Source: Acidobacteriota bacterium (GTDB taxonomy: Bacteria > Acidobacteriota > UBA890 > WLXD01). Taken from it: 64,000 nucleotides of DNA. Position numbers and translations under genes: made by a program. The stretch is from the NCBI GenBank assembly GCA_965205505.1, contig CBDBHB010000009.1, positions 2,336,001-2,400,000 on the forward strand, in the 5' to 3' direction. The notes under the pieces were generated by a model. It saw nothing but the letters and a program-made list of their open reading frames with translations. It ran no database searches and had not been told where the DNA came from. Positions 49,235-58,568 of this stretch are shown piece by piece; the first letter of the stretch is position 1, and every line of letters starts with the position of its first letter.

Positions 49235-50671
49235 CTATCCTTCGTCGGTCGACGGCTGGTCGACGCTGTCGCCCACCTCGTCGGCGACGCCGCGCTCAAC
49301 ACCAGAGAGCCATTCGCCGACACGTCGCGAGAGCTTCCAGACGTCGCCCGCGCCGAGCGTCAGCACGATGTCGCCTGGTCGGGCGTGCCGAGTAACCGCC
49401 TCGAACGCCGCTTCCAGGTCAGCGATGGTGATCACCTGGCGCTGGCCGTGCTGACGCATGGCCAGTGCTAGGTCCTGCCCGGTAACACCAGGAATGGGCT
49501 CCTCGCCGGCTGCGTAGATCGGTAGCACCAGTACTATGTCGGCATCATAGAAGGCGCGGCCAAAGTCGTCGCGAAGCAAGTGCGATCGACTGTAACGATG
49601 CGGCTGAAAGCAGACGATCTTGCGTCGATCCGGAAACGCCTCGCCGGCGGCTTCAAGCACAGCACGGATCTCGGTGGGGTGGTGTCCATAGTCGTCGACG
49701 ACGAGAATATCCCCGCCGGAATGGACTCGTTGGAAGCGGCGTGCGGTACCGGCATAGCTGGCCAGCGCGTCGGCGATGGTGGCGAACGTAATTCCCAGGT
49801 CCAATCCCACCGCGACGCAGGCGAGCGCGTTTAGCGCGTTGTGTCGTCCGAGCACGCGCAGCTGGATCTCGCCGAGCTCGTCGGCGCCGGCGTGGCAAGT
49901 GAGCCGAGTGCCTTCGGAGCTCACCTCGACCGCTGACGCGCGGATGTCGGATTGCGGGTTCGTACCGTAGGTGAGGAGCTTGCGCGTCACCCGCGGCATG
50001 ACCTCCTGGAGTTCGGGATCGTCAAGACAAACGACCGCCGTGCCGTAGAACGGGACCTTATTGAGAAACTCGACGAAGGCGTCCTTGAGGGCATCGAAGT
50101 CGTCGTAGTGATCCAGATGCTCTAGATCGATGTTGGTCACCACGGCGATCGTCGGGCTGAGCCGTAGGAACGATCCGTCGCTCTCGTCCGCCTCGGCGAC
50201 CATGAACTCTCCCTGGCCGAGACGAGCGTTGGTTCCCCAAGCCTCCAGGCGGCCACCGATGACGACCGTCGGGTCGAGATCGGCTGCCTCGAACACCGTC
50301 GCCATCATCGACGTTGTGGTTGTCTTGCCGTGCGAGCCGGCGATAAGCACGCCGTGTCGCATGCGCATGAGCTCGGCAAGCATCTCGGCGCGTGGAATAA
50401 CCGGGACCCCCGCGGCGCGGGCGGCCGCTACCTCCGGGTTGTCGACGCCAACGGCAGATGACACTACGACGACGTCGGCGCCTCGGACGTTGCCTGCCGC
50501 GTGACCGACGAATACGGTGCCACCCAAGCCCACCAGGCGTTCGGTGATAGGCGACGTCCGCAGGTCGGACCCGGATACCTCGTAGTCGAGGTTTAGCAGT
50601 AGCTCGGCGATGCCGCTCATGCCGATGCCGCCGATGCCGACGAAGTGGAGGCGGCGTACGCGCTTCAGCAT
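49235..50671 (-). CDS. murC: UDP-N-acetylmuramate--L-alanine ligase
   Basis: HFVGIGGIGMSG, GSHGKTTT, EADESD, DDYGHHPTE; true start ATG 50671. Confidence 0.96.
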   Translation of the reverse strand: MLKRVRRLHFVGIGGIGMSGIAELLLNLDYEVSGSDLRTSPITERLVGLGGTVFVGHAAGNVRGADVVVVSSAVGVDNPEVAAARAAGVPVIPRAEMLAELMRMRHGVLIAGSHGKTTTTSMMATVFEAADLDPTVVIGGRLEAWGTNARLGQGEFMVAEADESDGSFLRLSPTIAVVTNIDLEHLDHYDDFDALKDAFVEFLNKVPFYGTAVVCLDDPELQEVMPRVTRKLLTYGTNPQSDIRASAVEVSSEGTRLTCHAGADELGEIQLRVLGRHNALNALACVAVGLDLGITFATIADALASYAGTARRFQRVHSGGDILVVDDYGHHPTEIRAVLEAAGEAFPDRRKIVCFQPHRYSRSHLLRDDFGRAFYDADIVLVLPIYAAGEEPIPGVTGQDLALAMRQHGQRQVITIADLEAAFEAVTRHARPGDIVLTLGAGDVWKLSRRVGEWLSGVERGVADEVGDSVDQPSTDEG

Positions 50672-51897
50672 GTCTGGGGACCTCGTTCTCGGGTGACGTC
50701 GATCGATCGGCGCAGCGGGCCACCGTGGGTCGCGTTCGAGCTCGTAGTCGTCGGTGCGCTTGCCGGGCTCGGGGGCGCCGAAGCGTCGATCAGCGACAGT
50801 GCCAGATCTGCCACCATCGCGGCGGCGGCGTCGCGCCCGCAGGTCGCCGCTGCCGCCGCCATCTCGGCACGTCGGCCGACGTCGGTCGCCAGCTCCAGAA
50901 TCGCTTCCGCGAGCGCCTGCCCGTTCGCGGACTCCTCCACGATGACGGCGGCCCCAGCTCGTTGGAGAGCTCTTGCGTTGGAATGCTGGTGGCGCCCGGC
51001 GGCGCTCGGAAAGGGAACCAGGATCGACGGCAGCCCACAGTACGCCAGCTCGGCGATCGTCGTCGCGCCGGCGCGGCCACACACCAGATCGGCCTGCGCG
51101 TAGGCCGCACCGATGCTGCGAATGAACGGCGTTACAATGGCAGGAATGCCGTGCTCTTCGTACGCGTCGCGCAGGGAGTCGAGGTCGATCTTGCCAGCTT
51201 GGTGGGTAATCCTGAGGCCTACGTGTGCGGCCGCCAGTATCGGGATAGCAAGCTCGGTCATCGTGTTCAGTCCGCGTGCTCCCTGGCTCCCGCCCAGGAT
51301 CAACAGATGAATACCGTTCCTGTGTGCGCCGGTCGCGTGGCCATCGCGCCGCAGTGCCGACGGTAGTGAAGTGCGCACGGGATTTCCGGTAAGCACCGCC
51401 TTGCCGCCAATGCGCTGTGCCGTCTCCTCGAACGAGACCGCGATCGCACGAGCGAAGGGGCGCAGCCATCGCGTTGTCAGGCCAGGGTCGGCGTTCTGCT
51501 CGAGAACCAATAGCGGAATTCCGGCCAGCCATGCCGCCAGGCCAGTGGGGCCGCACACGTAGCCGCCAGTGGCAATCACCAGATGTGGCCGGAAGCCTGC
51601 CAGGTGCCGACGGGCGGCCGCGATCGAAGCCGGGAGGGAAGCCAGAGCGCGCAAGCGTCCGGCCATTTCCATTCCCACCATGCCGCGAGCCCGCACCTCG
51701 ACAATAGGGTAGGGGACCATGTCACGAAGAGCGCGCTCGCTGGTGCGCTGGGATCCGATCACCAGAAACTCGCATCGCACTCGCGCCGCCAGCGCCTCGG
51801 CCGTCGCCAGGGCGGGCATCAGATGTCCACCGGTACCGCCGGCCGCAAGTGCCACCCTGAGGGGCTCGCGGGGCGAATCGGTCGGCGGAAGGCTCAT
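50665..51897 (-). CDS. murG: Lipid II GlcNAc transferase
   Basis: GGTGGH, TGGYV, EQN, GNPVR, GGSQGA, RAGATT..E. Confidence 0.95.
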   Translation of the reverse strand: MSLPPTDSPREPLRVALAAGGTGGHLMPALATAEALAARVRCEFLVIGSQRTSERALRDMVPYPIVEVRARGMVGMEMAGRLRALASLPASIAAARRHLAGFRPHLVIATGGYVCGPTGLAAWLAGIPLLVLEQNADPGLTTRWLRPFARAIAVSFEETAQRIGGKAVLTGNPVRTSLPSALRRDGHATGAHRNGIHLLILGGSQGARGLNTMTELAIPILAAAHVGLRITHQAGKIDLDSLRDAYEEHGIPAIVTPFIRSIGAAYAQADLVCGRAGATTIAELAYCGLPSILVPFPSAAGRHQHSNARALQRAGAAVIVEESANGQALAEAILELATDVGRRAEMAAAAATCGRDAAAAMVADLALSLIDASAPPSPASAPTTTSSNATHGGPLRRSIDVTRERGPQTC

Positions 51898-52991
51898 GCG
51901 TGCGCATGCTGGGAAAGGTTGAGAAGGACGCCGACCGCAGCGCAGCAGATCACCATAGAGGAGCCGCCGTAGCTGATCAGAGGCAGTGGAATACCGGTCG
52001 TCGGTAATAGGTTTACCACGATGCTCATATTCACCAGCGCCTGCAAAACCAGATAGCAGGTGAGCCCGGCACCGAGATAGAACCCGAACTTGTCTGGCGC
52101 GCGTAGCGCCGCCCGCAGGCCGCGCCAGAGCACGACCATGAAGGCGAGCACCACGGCCCCTGCCCCCAGCAGGCCGAACTCCTCGGCAACCACAGCGTAG
52201 ATGAAGTCCGTGTAGGGATCCGGGAGAAAGCCACTCTTCTGATGGCCGGCGGCGAAGCCGACGCCGCTCAGGCCTCCGGATCCTACGGCCATCAGCGACT
52301 GCAGCGTCTGGTAGCCGGCGTCCTGAGCGTTAGCCCACGGATCCAGCCACGCCACGATGCGACGCGATTGATAGCCGGTCCGAAGGATCTGTATGGAGGC
52401 GGCGAAGGCCACGGCGACGCCCACGTTGGCGACATATCTCCACGACAAACCGGCCACCCAGAGCATCGTGGCAGCGATGCAGACCACCATCAACGCGGTG
52501 CCGAGGTCGGGCTCGATGACTATCAGGAACACGATCGCAGCCACCACCGTGAGGGGCGGCGTCAGCCCGCGCCAGGGTTCGTTGATGGTCTCGTCCTTAC
52601 GGGATAGGTAGGAGGCAAGGAACACGATCACGGCCAACTTGGCGATCTCTGATGGTTGGGCGTTGAAGGGCCCCAAGGGGATCCACCGATGCGAGCCCCG
52701 AGACTCAGGCATGAACAGAACCAGGACCAAGGCGCCCAGTGTGGCGGCCACGAAGCCGGCGACTACGAGCCGACTGCGATAGATCTTGTAGTCGGTGAGC
52801 AGCCCCGCAACGAGCATTCCGAGCCCAGCGATAACGCCAATCGCCTGCCGCGTCACGAAGTACAGATCGTGACCGTAGGCACGTTGAGAGATCGGGAACG
52901 ATGCGGAGTACACCATGACCAGGCCAAGCCCGATCATGGCGACTACAGCGCAGAACAACGTCTTGTCGACCGCCAACCAGCGGCTCGCCAT
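51894..52991 (-). CDS. ftsW: SEDS peptidoglycan polymerase FtsW
   Basis: MVYSAS, RWI..QPSEIAK, EPDLGT, TDFI..EEFG, LPLISYGGSS. Confidence 0.95.
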   Translation of the reverse strand: MASRWLAVDKTLFCAVVAMIGLGLVMVYSASFPISQRAYGHDLYFVTRQAIGVIAGLGMLVAGLLTDYKIYRSRLVVAGFVAATLGALVLVLFMPESRGSHRWIPLGPFNAQPSEIAKLAVIVFLASYLSRKDETINEPWRGLTPPLTVVAAIVFLIVIEPDLGTALMVVCIAATMLWVAGLSWRYVANVGVAVAFAASIQILRTGYQSRRIVAWLDPWANAQDAGYQTLQSLMAVGSGGLSGVGFAAGHQKSGFLPDPYTDFIYAVVAEEFGLLGAGAVVLAFMVVLWRGLRAALRAPDKFGFYLGAGLTCYLVLQALVNMSIVVNLLPTTGIPLPLISYGGSSMVICCAAVGVLLNLSQHAHA

Positions 52992-53022
52992 CGGCCCCTC
53001 TCCCAGATTACCCCTGAGCGCT

Positions 53023-54384
53023 TTATCGCGCCGCGATCAGGGCTTTGAAGTGATGTCCTCGATGTTCGAAACTGTCGTACTGGTCGAAGCTCGTACAGGC
53101 CGGCGCGAGCAACAGCACCTCACCCGCTGATGCGTTCCCCAGGCCGAGGTCAACGGCGTGCTCGATGTCGCCGCACTCGATCATCTTCACGGCGCCGTCC
53201 AGCGCCTGTGCGATGCGTTCCGAAGCCTCGCCCGTGAGCAAGATGCCGCGGACGTTGCCTAGCGCCGGTCGGAGGCGCTCAAATTCGGAATCCTTGTCGC
53301 GACCACCGAGGATCAGCCACACCGGGCTTTCGATCCCCTTGAGCGCCGCTAGCGTGGCGCCCACGTTGGTTGCCTTCGAGTCGTTGATGCAGCGGACGCC
53401 CCTCACGACGCCGCAGGGCTCCATACGGTGCTCGAGACCCTCGAATCGACGCAGTGCCGTGCCCGCGCTTGCCGGGCTCGCGCCGGCGAGGCAGGCCAAC
53501 GCCACGGCTGCTGCCGCATTCAGATGGTTGTGGGTGCCGATGACCGTCAGCTCGTCGGTGTCGACGATGGTGTGCACGACGGCGTCCGGGTCGCGCCATT
53601 GAATGCGTCCGCCCGTCACCCATGCCCCACTGTTGCTCGTCGTTGCTGTGGCGCCGAACGGTACGGGCCGGGGGCTGGATGGCAGATGGCGCGCCAGCCA
53701 GGGATCGTCGGCACCGTAGACGAGCCAGTCGTCGCTCGTACAGTTAGCCACCAGTCGTAGCTTGGCCTGGGCGTAGGATTCGAAGTCGCCGTGGCGGTCG
53801 AGGTGGTCGGCGCTGATGTTGAGCAGCCCCGCCCAGCGGGGCCGGAAATCAACAATCGTCTCAGTCTGGAATGACGACAGCTCCAGAACATAGCGCTCCA
53901 CGTGCCGCTCACCCTGGAGTACCTGCCGTACGACCCGTGAGAACGGCACGCCGATGTTGCCGCAGACCGCGGTGGCCAGGTTGCTCTCGGTCAGAATGGC
54001 TCCGACCATGCTGGTGACGGTACTCTTGCCGTTGGATCCGCTAATGGCCACGGCCGGGGCCTCGGCATATGAGCTTGCTAGCTCGACCTCGCTGACCGGC
54101 GTGATTCCCTCGGCGCGGGCGGCGCGCAACGGCGGTGCTTGCGGGTGGATCCCAGGCGAGGCCACCACGACGTCTGCATCGCGCCAAAGAGCCTCCGGGT
54201 GACTGCCGAGCGCCAGCTCGACGCCGTGTCGCTCGAGCTCGGTGGCGTCGGTCAGCTCCGACCCCGCGCGCAAGTCGGTCAGCGCCACGCGCGCTCCCAG
54301 GTAGACGAGTAATTCAGTCGCCGCTACGCCGCTGCGTCCAGCGCCGACGACGATGACCTTCTTGCCTGCCCAGGAGCCGGTCAT
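53023..54384 (-). CDS. murD: UDP-MurNAc-L-Ala--D-Glu ligase
   Basis: GAGRSG, SPGI, GSNGKST, ELSSFQ, DHLDRH, NDSKATN, APACTSFD; true start ATG 54384. Confidence 0.95.
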   Translation of the reverse strand: MTGSWAGKKVIVVGAGRSGVAATELLVYLGARVALTDLRAGSELTDATELERHGVELALGSHPEALWRDADVVVASPGIHPQAPPLRAARAEGITPVSEVELASSYAEAPAVAISGSNGKSTVTSMVGAILTESNLATAVCGNIGVPFSRVVRQVLQGERHVERYVLELSSFQTETIVDFRPRWAGLLNISADHLDRHGDFESYAQAKLRLVANCTSDDWLVYGADDPWLARHLPSSPRPVPFGATATTSNSGAWVTGGRIQWRDPDAVVHTIVDTDELTVIGTHNHLNAAAAVALACLAGASPASAGTALRRFEGLEHRMEPCGVVRGVRCINDSKATNVGATLAALKGIESPVWLILGGRDKDSEFERLRPALGNVRGILLTGEASERIAQALDGAVKMIECGDIEHAVDLGLGNASAGEVLLLAPACTSFDQYDSFEHRGHHFKALIAAR

Positions 54385-55466
54385 CGTAGCTTCAGCGTGG
54401 CCAATGACATCAGCGCGAAGAGCACCGCTAGGATCCAGAAGCGGACTACCACTTGTGGCTCCGACCATCCCGCGAGCTCGAAGTGATGGTGTAGCGGAGC
54501 CATGCGGAACACACGGCGTCCGGTGAGCCGAAATGAGACGACCTGGATCATCACCGACAGCGTCTCGAGTACGAAAACGCCACCGACCAGCACGAGCACC
54601 AGTTCCTGTTTGATCAGCAGGGCGATGATGCCAACAGCGCCGCCAAGGGCAAGCGAGCCGGTGTCGCCCATGAAGATCTGTGCCGGGTGGCAGTTGTACC
54701 AGAGGAAGCCGAGGCAGGCTCCGAATATCGCGGCAGCGAAGATCGTTATCTCGGCTATGTCGCCGACGAAGATGATGTCGAGGTACTCGGCGATGATCGC
54801 GTGGCCCGCGATGTATGCGAGCGCCGTATAGGCAACCGCCGCCACCATCACGCAGCCCGTGGCCAGGCCGTCGAGGCCATCGGTAAGGTTCACCGCATTG
54901 CTCGAAGCTAGCAGCACAAGCACGGCGAAAGGTACGTAGAGTGCGCCCAGGTGCGGGCTGACCTCCTTGAGGAACGGCACCGATAGCTGGGTGGTAAACG
55001 AGCCTTGTTGAGCCAGCGTCCACAGGATCAAGCCGACCGCGCCGGACAGCGCGATTATCATCGCCATCTTGGACCGTGCCGAGAGGCCGCGCCGGCGTGC
55101 ATGAACGGCGCCGAGGTAGTCGTCCAGAAACCCTATCGCGGCGAATCCGAGCATTCCGGTCAGCGCGATCCAGACGAACGCGTTGCGCAGGTCCGCCCAC
55201 AGGAGCGTAGAGACACCGACTGCGCTGACGATGAGCGTTCCGCCCATGGTCGGTGTGCCGCGTTTCCTGGCGTGCGACGCAGGCCCGTCGGTACGGATCT
55301 GCTCTTCGACTTGAGCGGCGAGCAGGCGGCGGATCATCCACGGCCCGAGCGCCAGCGTCGCCAGCAGCGCCGATGCGGCGGTGAGCGCGGCGCGGAACGT
55401 GAGATAGCGGAAGACGTTGAAGGGGCCCCAGTAGTCAGCCAGCGGAACCAGCAACTCGTACAGCAT
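54381..55466 (-). CDS. mraY: Phospho-MurNAc-pentapeptide transferase
   Basis: KRGTPTMGG, FLDD, NAVNLTDGLDGL, FMGDTG, MAPLHHHFE. Confidence 0.97.
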   Translation of the reverse strand: MLYELLVPLADYWGPFNVFRYLTFRAALTAASALLATLALGPWMIRRLLAAQVEEQIRTDGPASHARKRGTPTMGGTLIVSAVGVSTLLWADLRNAFVWIALTGMLGFAAIGFLDDYLGAVHARRRGLSARSKMAMIIALSGAVGLILWTLAQQGSFTTQLSVPFLKEVSPHLGALYVPFAVLVLLASSNAVNLTDGLDGLATGCVMVAAVAYTALAYIAGHAIIAEYLDIIFVGDIAEITIFAAAIFGACLGFLWYNCHPAQIFMGDTGSLALGGAVGIIALLIKQELVLVLVGGVFVLETLSVMIQVVSFRLTGRRVFRMAPLHHHFELAGWSEPQVVVRFWILAVLFALMSLATLKLR

Positions 55467-55521
55467 CAGCTTCCTGGGTTGAAGACGGGAGTCCATGGGC
55501 GACGACGCGGGGCTGACGTCA

Positions 55522-56949
55522 TCATGCGGAAACTCCATTGTCGTCGGTGGCCCTTAGCAGGGTGTGCACGATGCGCTCCATGCGAATACCGCGCGACCCC
55601 TTGACCAACACGGTGTCTCCGGGACGAACGATCGCTACGATCGCCTCCGCCGCCTCGTCGGAAACGCTGAAGGCAGTGATCGCTTCCGCAGCCATGCCGC
55701 CGGCGCGCGCACCGTGGCCGATGTCGCGCGCCAACGCACCGACCGTAACGATGCGGTCGACGTCGAGATGGGCCGCGTGCAGACCAACTTCGCGGTGTGC
55801 GTCCTCGGCCCAACTTCCGAGCTCGAGCATGTCGCCGACCGCCAGGATCTTTCGGCCTGTTCCGGCGGTTCCGGCCAGCGTCTCCAATGCCGTCAGCATG
55901 GCGGCCGGCGAGGCGTTGTAGCTGTCGTCGATCACCACGACGCCGCCGTCCGTCCGGTGTACCTGCCCGCGCATCGCTGGCAGCGTAAGGTGCCGGGCGC
56001 GAGCCGCGATCGTGGTCGCGTCGATGCCCAGCGCGTGCGCTACAGCTGCTGCCGCAAGGAAGTTGGAGATCGAGTGCTCTCCGGGCAGCGGCAGCTGCAC
56101 GAGTGCGGTATCGGATGGGCTGCATCGGAGCTCGAAGTGCCAGGTCGCCGCTACGGATTCCACATGGCGAGCTGATATCTCGGCGTCGTGTCGCACACCG
56201 TAGCGGATCGTGCGCTCGGCGCGCTGCTGCCTCGCCGTCCCCATGGCCGCCGTGTGTACATCGTCGGCGTTGACGATCAGCGTGCCACCGGACGGGAGCT
56301 CATCGGCGAGCTCTTGCTTCGCAGCTGCCACTCCCGCGAGGTCGTCGAAGTTCTCCATGTGAACCGGTGCAACGTTGGTAATTACCCCGATGCTCGGCCG
56401 CGCCAGACGAGTCAGCGCGGCGATCTCACCCGCCGTGCTCATCCCGAGCTCAGCCACCATCCAGCGGTGATCCGGGCACAGGCCGAGCAGCGAAAGCGGA
56501 AGGCCCCACTGGTTGTTGAAGTTGCCAGGTGTAGCGTGCGTCGATTCCGTCTCCTTCAACAACGCGTGGGTCAATGCCTTGGTCGTAGTCTTGCCGACGC
56601 TGCCGGTGATTGCGACAACGGTCGGCGCCACCACGTTGCGGACGTGTCCGGCGAGCCGCTGAAGCGCCGCCGTAGTGTCTTCGACGCGAACGATGCCGGC
56701 GTCGTGAGGATTGACTAGGTGATCCAGCACGTCACGCCGCGAGATAATCACCGCGACAGCTCCCGACGCGAGTGCCTGAGGTAGGTAGCGGTGCCCATCA
56801 TCGTGTGGGCCGACGATCGCGACGAACGCATCGCCGCGCCGCACGTTGCGCGAGTCGATCACCACTCGGTCGATCTCGCCGCTCGCACTGCCGCTCTGGA
56901 TGCCGCAGCCCAGAACATCAGCCAGCTTGGCGACGGTCATCGAGATCAT
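55522..56949 (-). CDS. murF: UDP-MurNAc-tripeptide--D-Ala-D-Ala ligase
   Basis: TGSVGKTTTK, NFNN..GLP, ELGM, DDSYNASP, GDMLELG, KGSR. Confidence 0.95.
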   Translation of the reverse strand: MISMTVAKLADVLGCGIQSGSASGEIDRVVIDSRNVRRGDAFVAIVGPHDDGHRYLPQALASGAVAVIISRRDVLDHLVNPHDAGIVRVEDTTAALQRLAGHVRNVVAPTVVAITGSVGKTTTKALTHALLKETESTHATPGNFNNQWGLPLSLLGLCPDHRWMVAELGMSTAGEIAALTRLARPSIGVITNVAPVHMENFDDLAGVAAAKQELADELPSGGTLIVNADDVHTAAMGTARQQRAERTIRYGVRHDAEISARHVESVAATWHFELRCSPSDTALVQLPLPGEHSISNFLAAAAVAHALGIDATTIAARARHLTLPAMRGQVHRTDGGVVVIDDSYNASPAAMLTALETLAGTAGTGRKILAVGDMLELGSWAEDAHREVGLHAAHLDVDRIVTVGALARDIGHGARAGGMAAEAITAFSVSDEAAEAIVAIVRPGDTVLVKGSRGIRMERIVHTLLRATDDNGVSA

Positions 56950-58454
56950 CTCGAGATCTCCGCACCGCGCCGGGCGAGGGAAGCAGCGGCCACCTCGGTG
57001 TCGTCGAAGGGAACCGTCCGGTCGCGGAAGATCTGCTGCGTCTCATGGCCCTTGCCGGCAATGAGAACGCAATCCCCTGACGCTGCCATGGCCAGCGCTA
57101 GTTCGATGGCGGCAGCGCGGTCGGCCTCGACGAGAATGTCCGCACGAGGGTTCGAAACGATACCGGCAACAATCTCGTCGATGATCGTCTGCGGGTCCTC
57201 GCTTCGTGGGTTGTCCGATGTCACCACCACCACGCCCGCCCCGGCGGCGGCGATACCGCCCATGAGGGGCCGCTTCGTACGGTCGCGATCACCGCCGCAA
57301 CCGAAGACAACGATGACCCGCCCCTTATCGATAATGCTGCGTGCTGCTTCCAACGCCGCGTGAAGGGCGCCCGGCGTGTGAGCGAAATCGACCAGCACCT
57401 GAAACGGTTGGCCAGCGTCGATCGCCTGTAGGCGGCCAGGCTCACCGCTGAACCCGGACACTGCCTGGCGCACCTCGTCGAGCGAGAAACCGAGCTCCAT
57501 CGCCGTTGCTGCGGCCGCGACTACATTCTCGGCGTTCGCTCTACCGAATAGCGGAGTGTCGATGCAGCCCTCGGATGTCGGCGTCGTTAGACATAGCCTC
57601 GAGCCGCCGGGACCCGAGTCGAAGCGGTCGAGGCAGTAATCTGGAGGCGCGCCGGCGCCTCCGGCCCAGCCGTAGGTCACCGTGCGTCCGCTGACACGCT
57701 CGGCGAGGCGTGGGGTAACGGGGTCGGAAGCGTTCAGAACTGCCGGCGCGTCCGACGGCAAGGCCTCGAACAATGTCGCCTTGGCGTCGAGGTAGTCGTC
57801 CATGTTCCGATGGAAGTCGAGGTGGTCCTGTGACAGGTTGGTGAAGGTGGCGGCAGCGAAACGGGTGCCGGTAACGCGATCAAGCCGCAAGGCGTGCGAG
57901 GAGACCTCGATGACGGCGGCCCGACACCCGGCATCGAGCATGCGTGCCATCGCCGCCTGCAGCTCCGGCGCCTCTGGAGTGGTACGAGGTGTCGGGGAGG
58001 AGTCTCCGGCAATCCGCACCTGGGTCGTGCTCCAGCGGCCAACCGGGGCGCGGCCAGCGAGGATGGCTTCGAGAAGAGCGGTTACCGTCGTCTTCCCGTT
58101 CGTGCCGGTTACACCCACCACCATCAGACGTTCGCTCGGGTTACCGTGCCAACGGCACGCGAGTGCGGCGAGAACGCGGCGTGTCGAGCGCACCTGCGCC
58201 CAAGTACCGGCGAGTGCGCGGTCCCCGAGGCTCGATCGGGAGCGTTCGGCCACAATCGCCACAGCGCCGCGTCGGAGGGCATCAGGAGCGAATTCGAGCC
58301 CATCGTGTACGAAGCCCGGGATGGCCACGAACACGTCGCCCGGGCCGACGCGTCGCGAGTCGTAAGCGATCCCCGATACTTCGATCGTCGGGTCGCCCAC
58401 GAACCTCGCCTCGCAGCCGGCCAAGAGCTCATCGAGCCTCAGCTGTTGCCCCAT
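56946..58454 (-). CDS. murE: UDP-MurNAc-dipeptide--meso-DAP ligase
   Basis: TGTNGKTT, EVSSH, DHLDFH, DFAHTP, GCGGDRD, DNPR, GKGHE. Confidence 0.95.
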   Translation of the reverse strand: MGQQLRLDELLAGCEARFVGDPTIEVSGIAYDSRRVGPGDVFVAIPGFVHDGLEFAPDALRRGAVAIVAERSRSSLGDRALAGTWAQVRSTRRVLAALACRWHGNPSERLMVVGVTGTNGKTTVTALLEAILAGRAPVGRWSTTQVRIAGDSSPTPRTTPEAPELQAAMARMLDAGCRAAVIEVSSHALRLDRVTGTRFAAATFTNLSQDHLDFHRNMDDYLDAKATLFEALPSDAPAVLNASDPVTPRLAERVSGRTVTYGWAGGAGAPPDYCLDRFDSGPGGSRLCLTTPTSEGCIDTPLFGRANAENVVAAAATAMELGFSLDEVRQAVSGFSGEPGRLQAIDAGQPFQVLVDFAHTPGALHAALEAARSIIDKGRVIVVFGCGGDRDRTKRPLMGGIAAAGAGVVVVTSDNPRSEDPQTIIDEIVAGIVSNPRADILVEADRAAAIELALAMAASGDCVLIAGKGHETQQIFRDRTVPFDDTEVAAASLARRGAEISR

Positions 58455-58568
58455 TCCCTCGGTCGTGCTATTCGTCTCGAGGGCCACAAGGCCCCCCAAT
58501 GTGTGCCGCCTCGGCAACGACAAGAAGCCGTCGCGAAGACGGCCCCAACTCCAACCGCCAGCCCGCCG

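Noticed and set aside
50672-51556. 773-aa ORF suggesting a MurC fusion
   Set aside because: The upstream part is an alternate frame over murG; MurC homology begins at ATG 50671.
54385-55341. 772-aa ORF suggesting a MurD fusion
   Set aside because: The upstream part overlaps mraY in another frame; MurD begins at ATG 54384.
58528-58544. GCCGTC-gcgaa-GACGGC hairpin between ftsI and murE as a terminator
   Set aside because: Short stem, weak U-tract, mid-operon; insufficient support.
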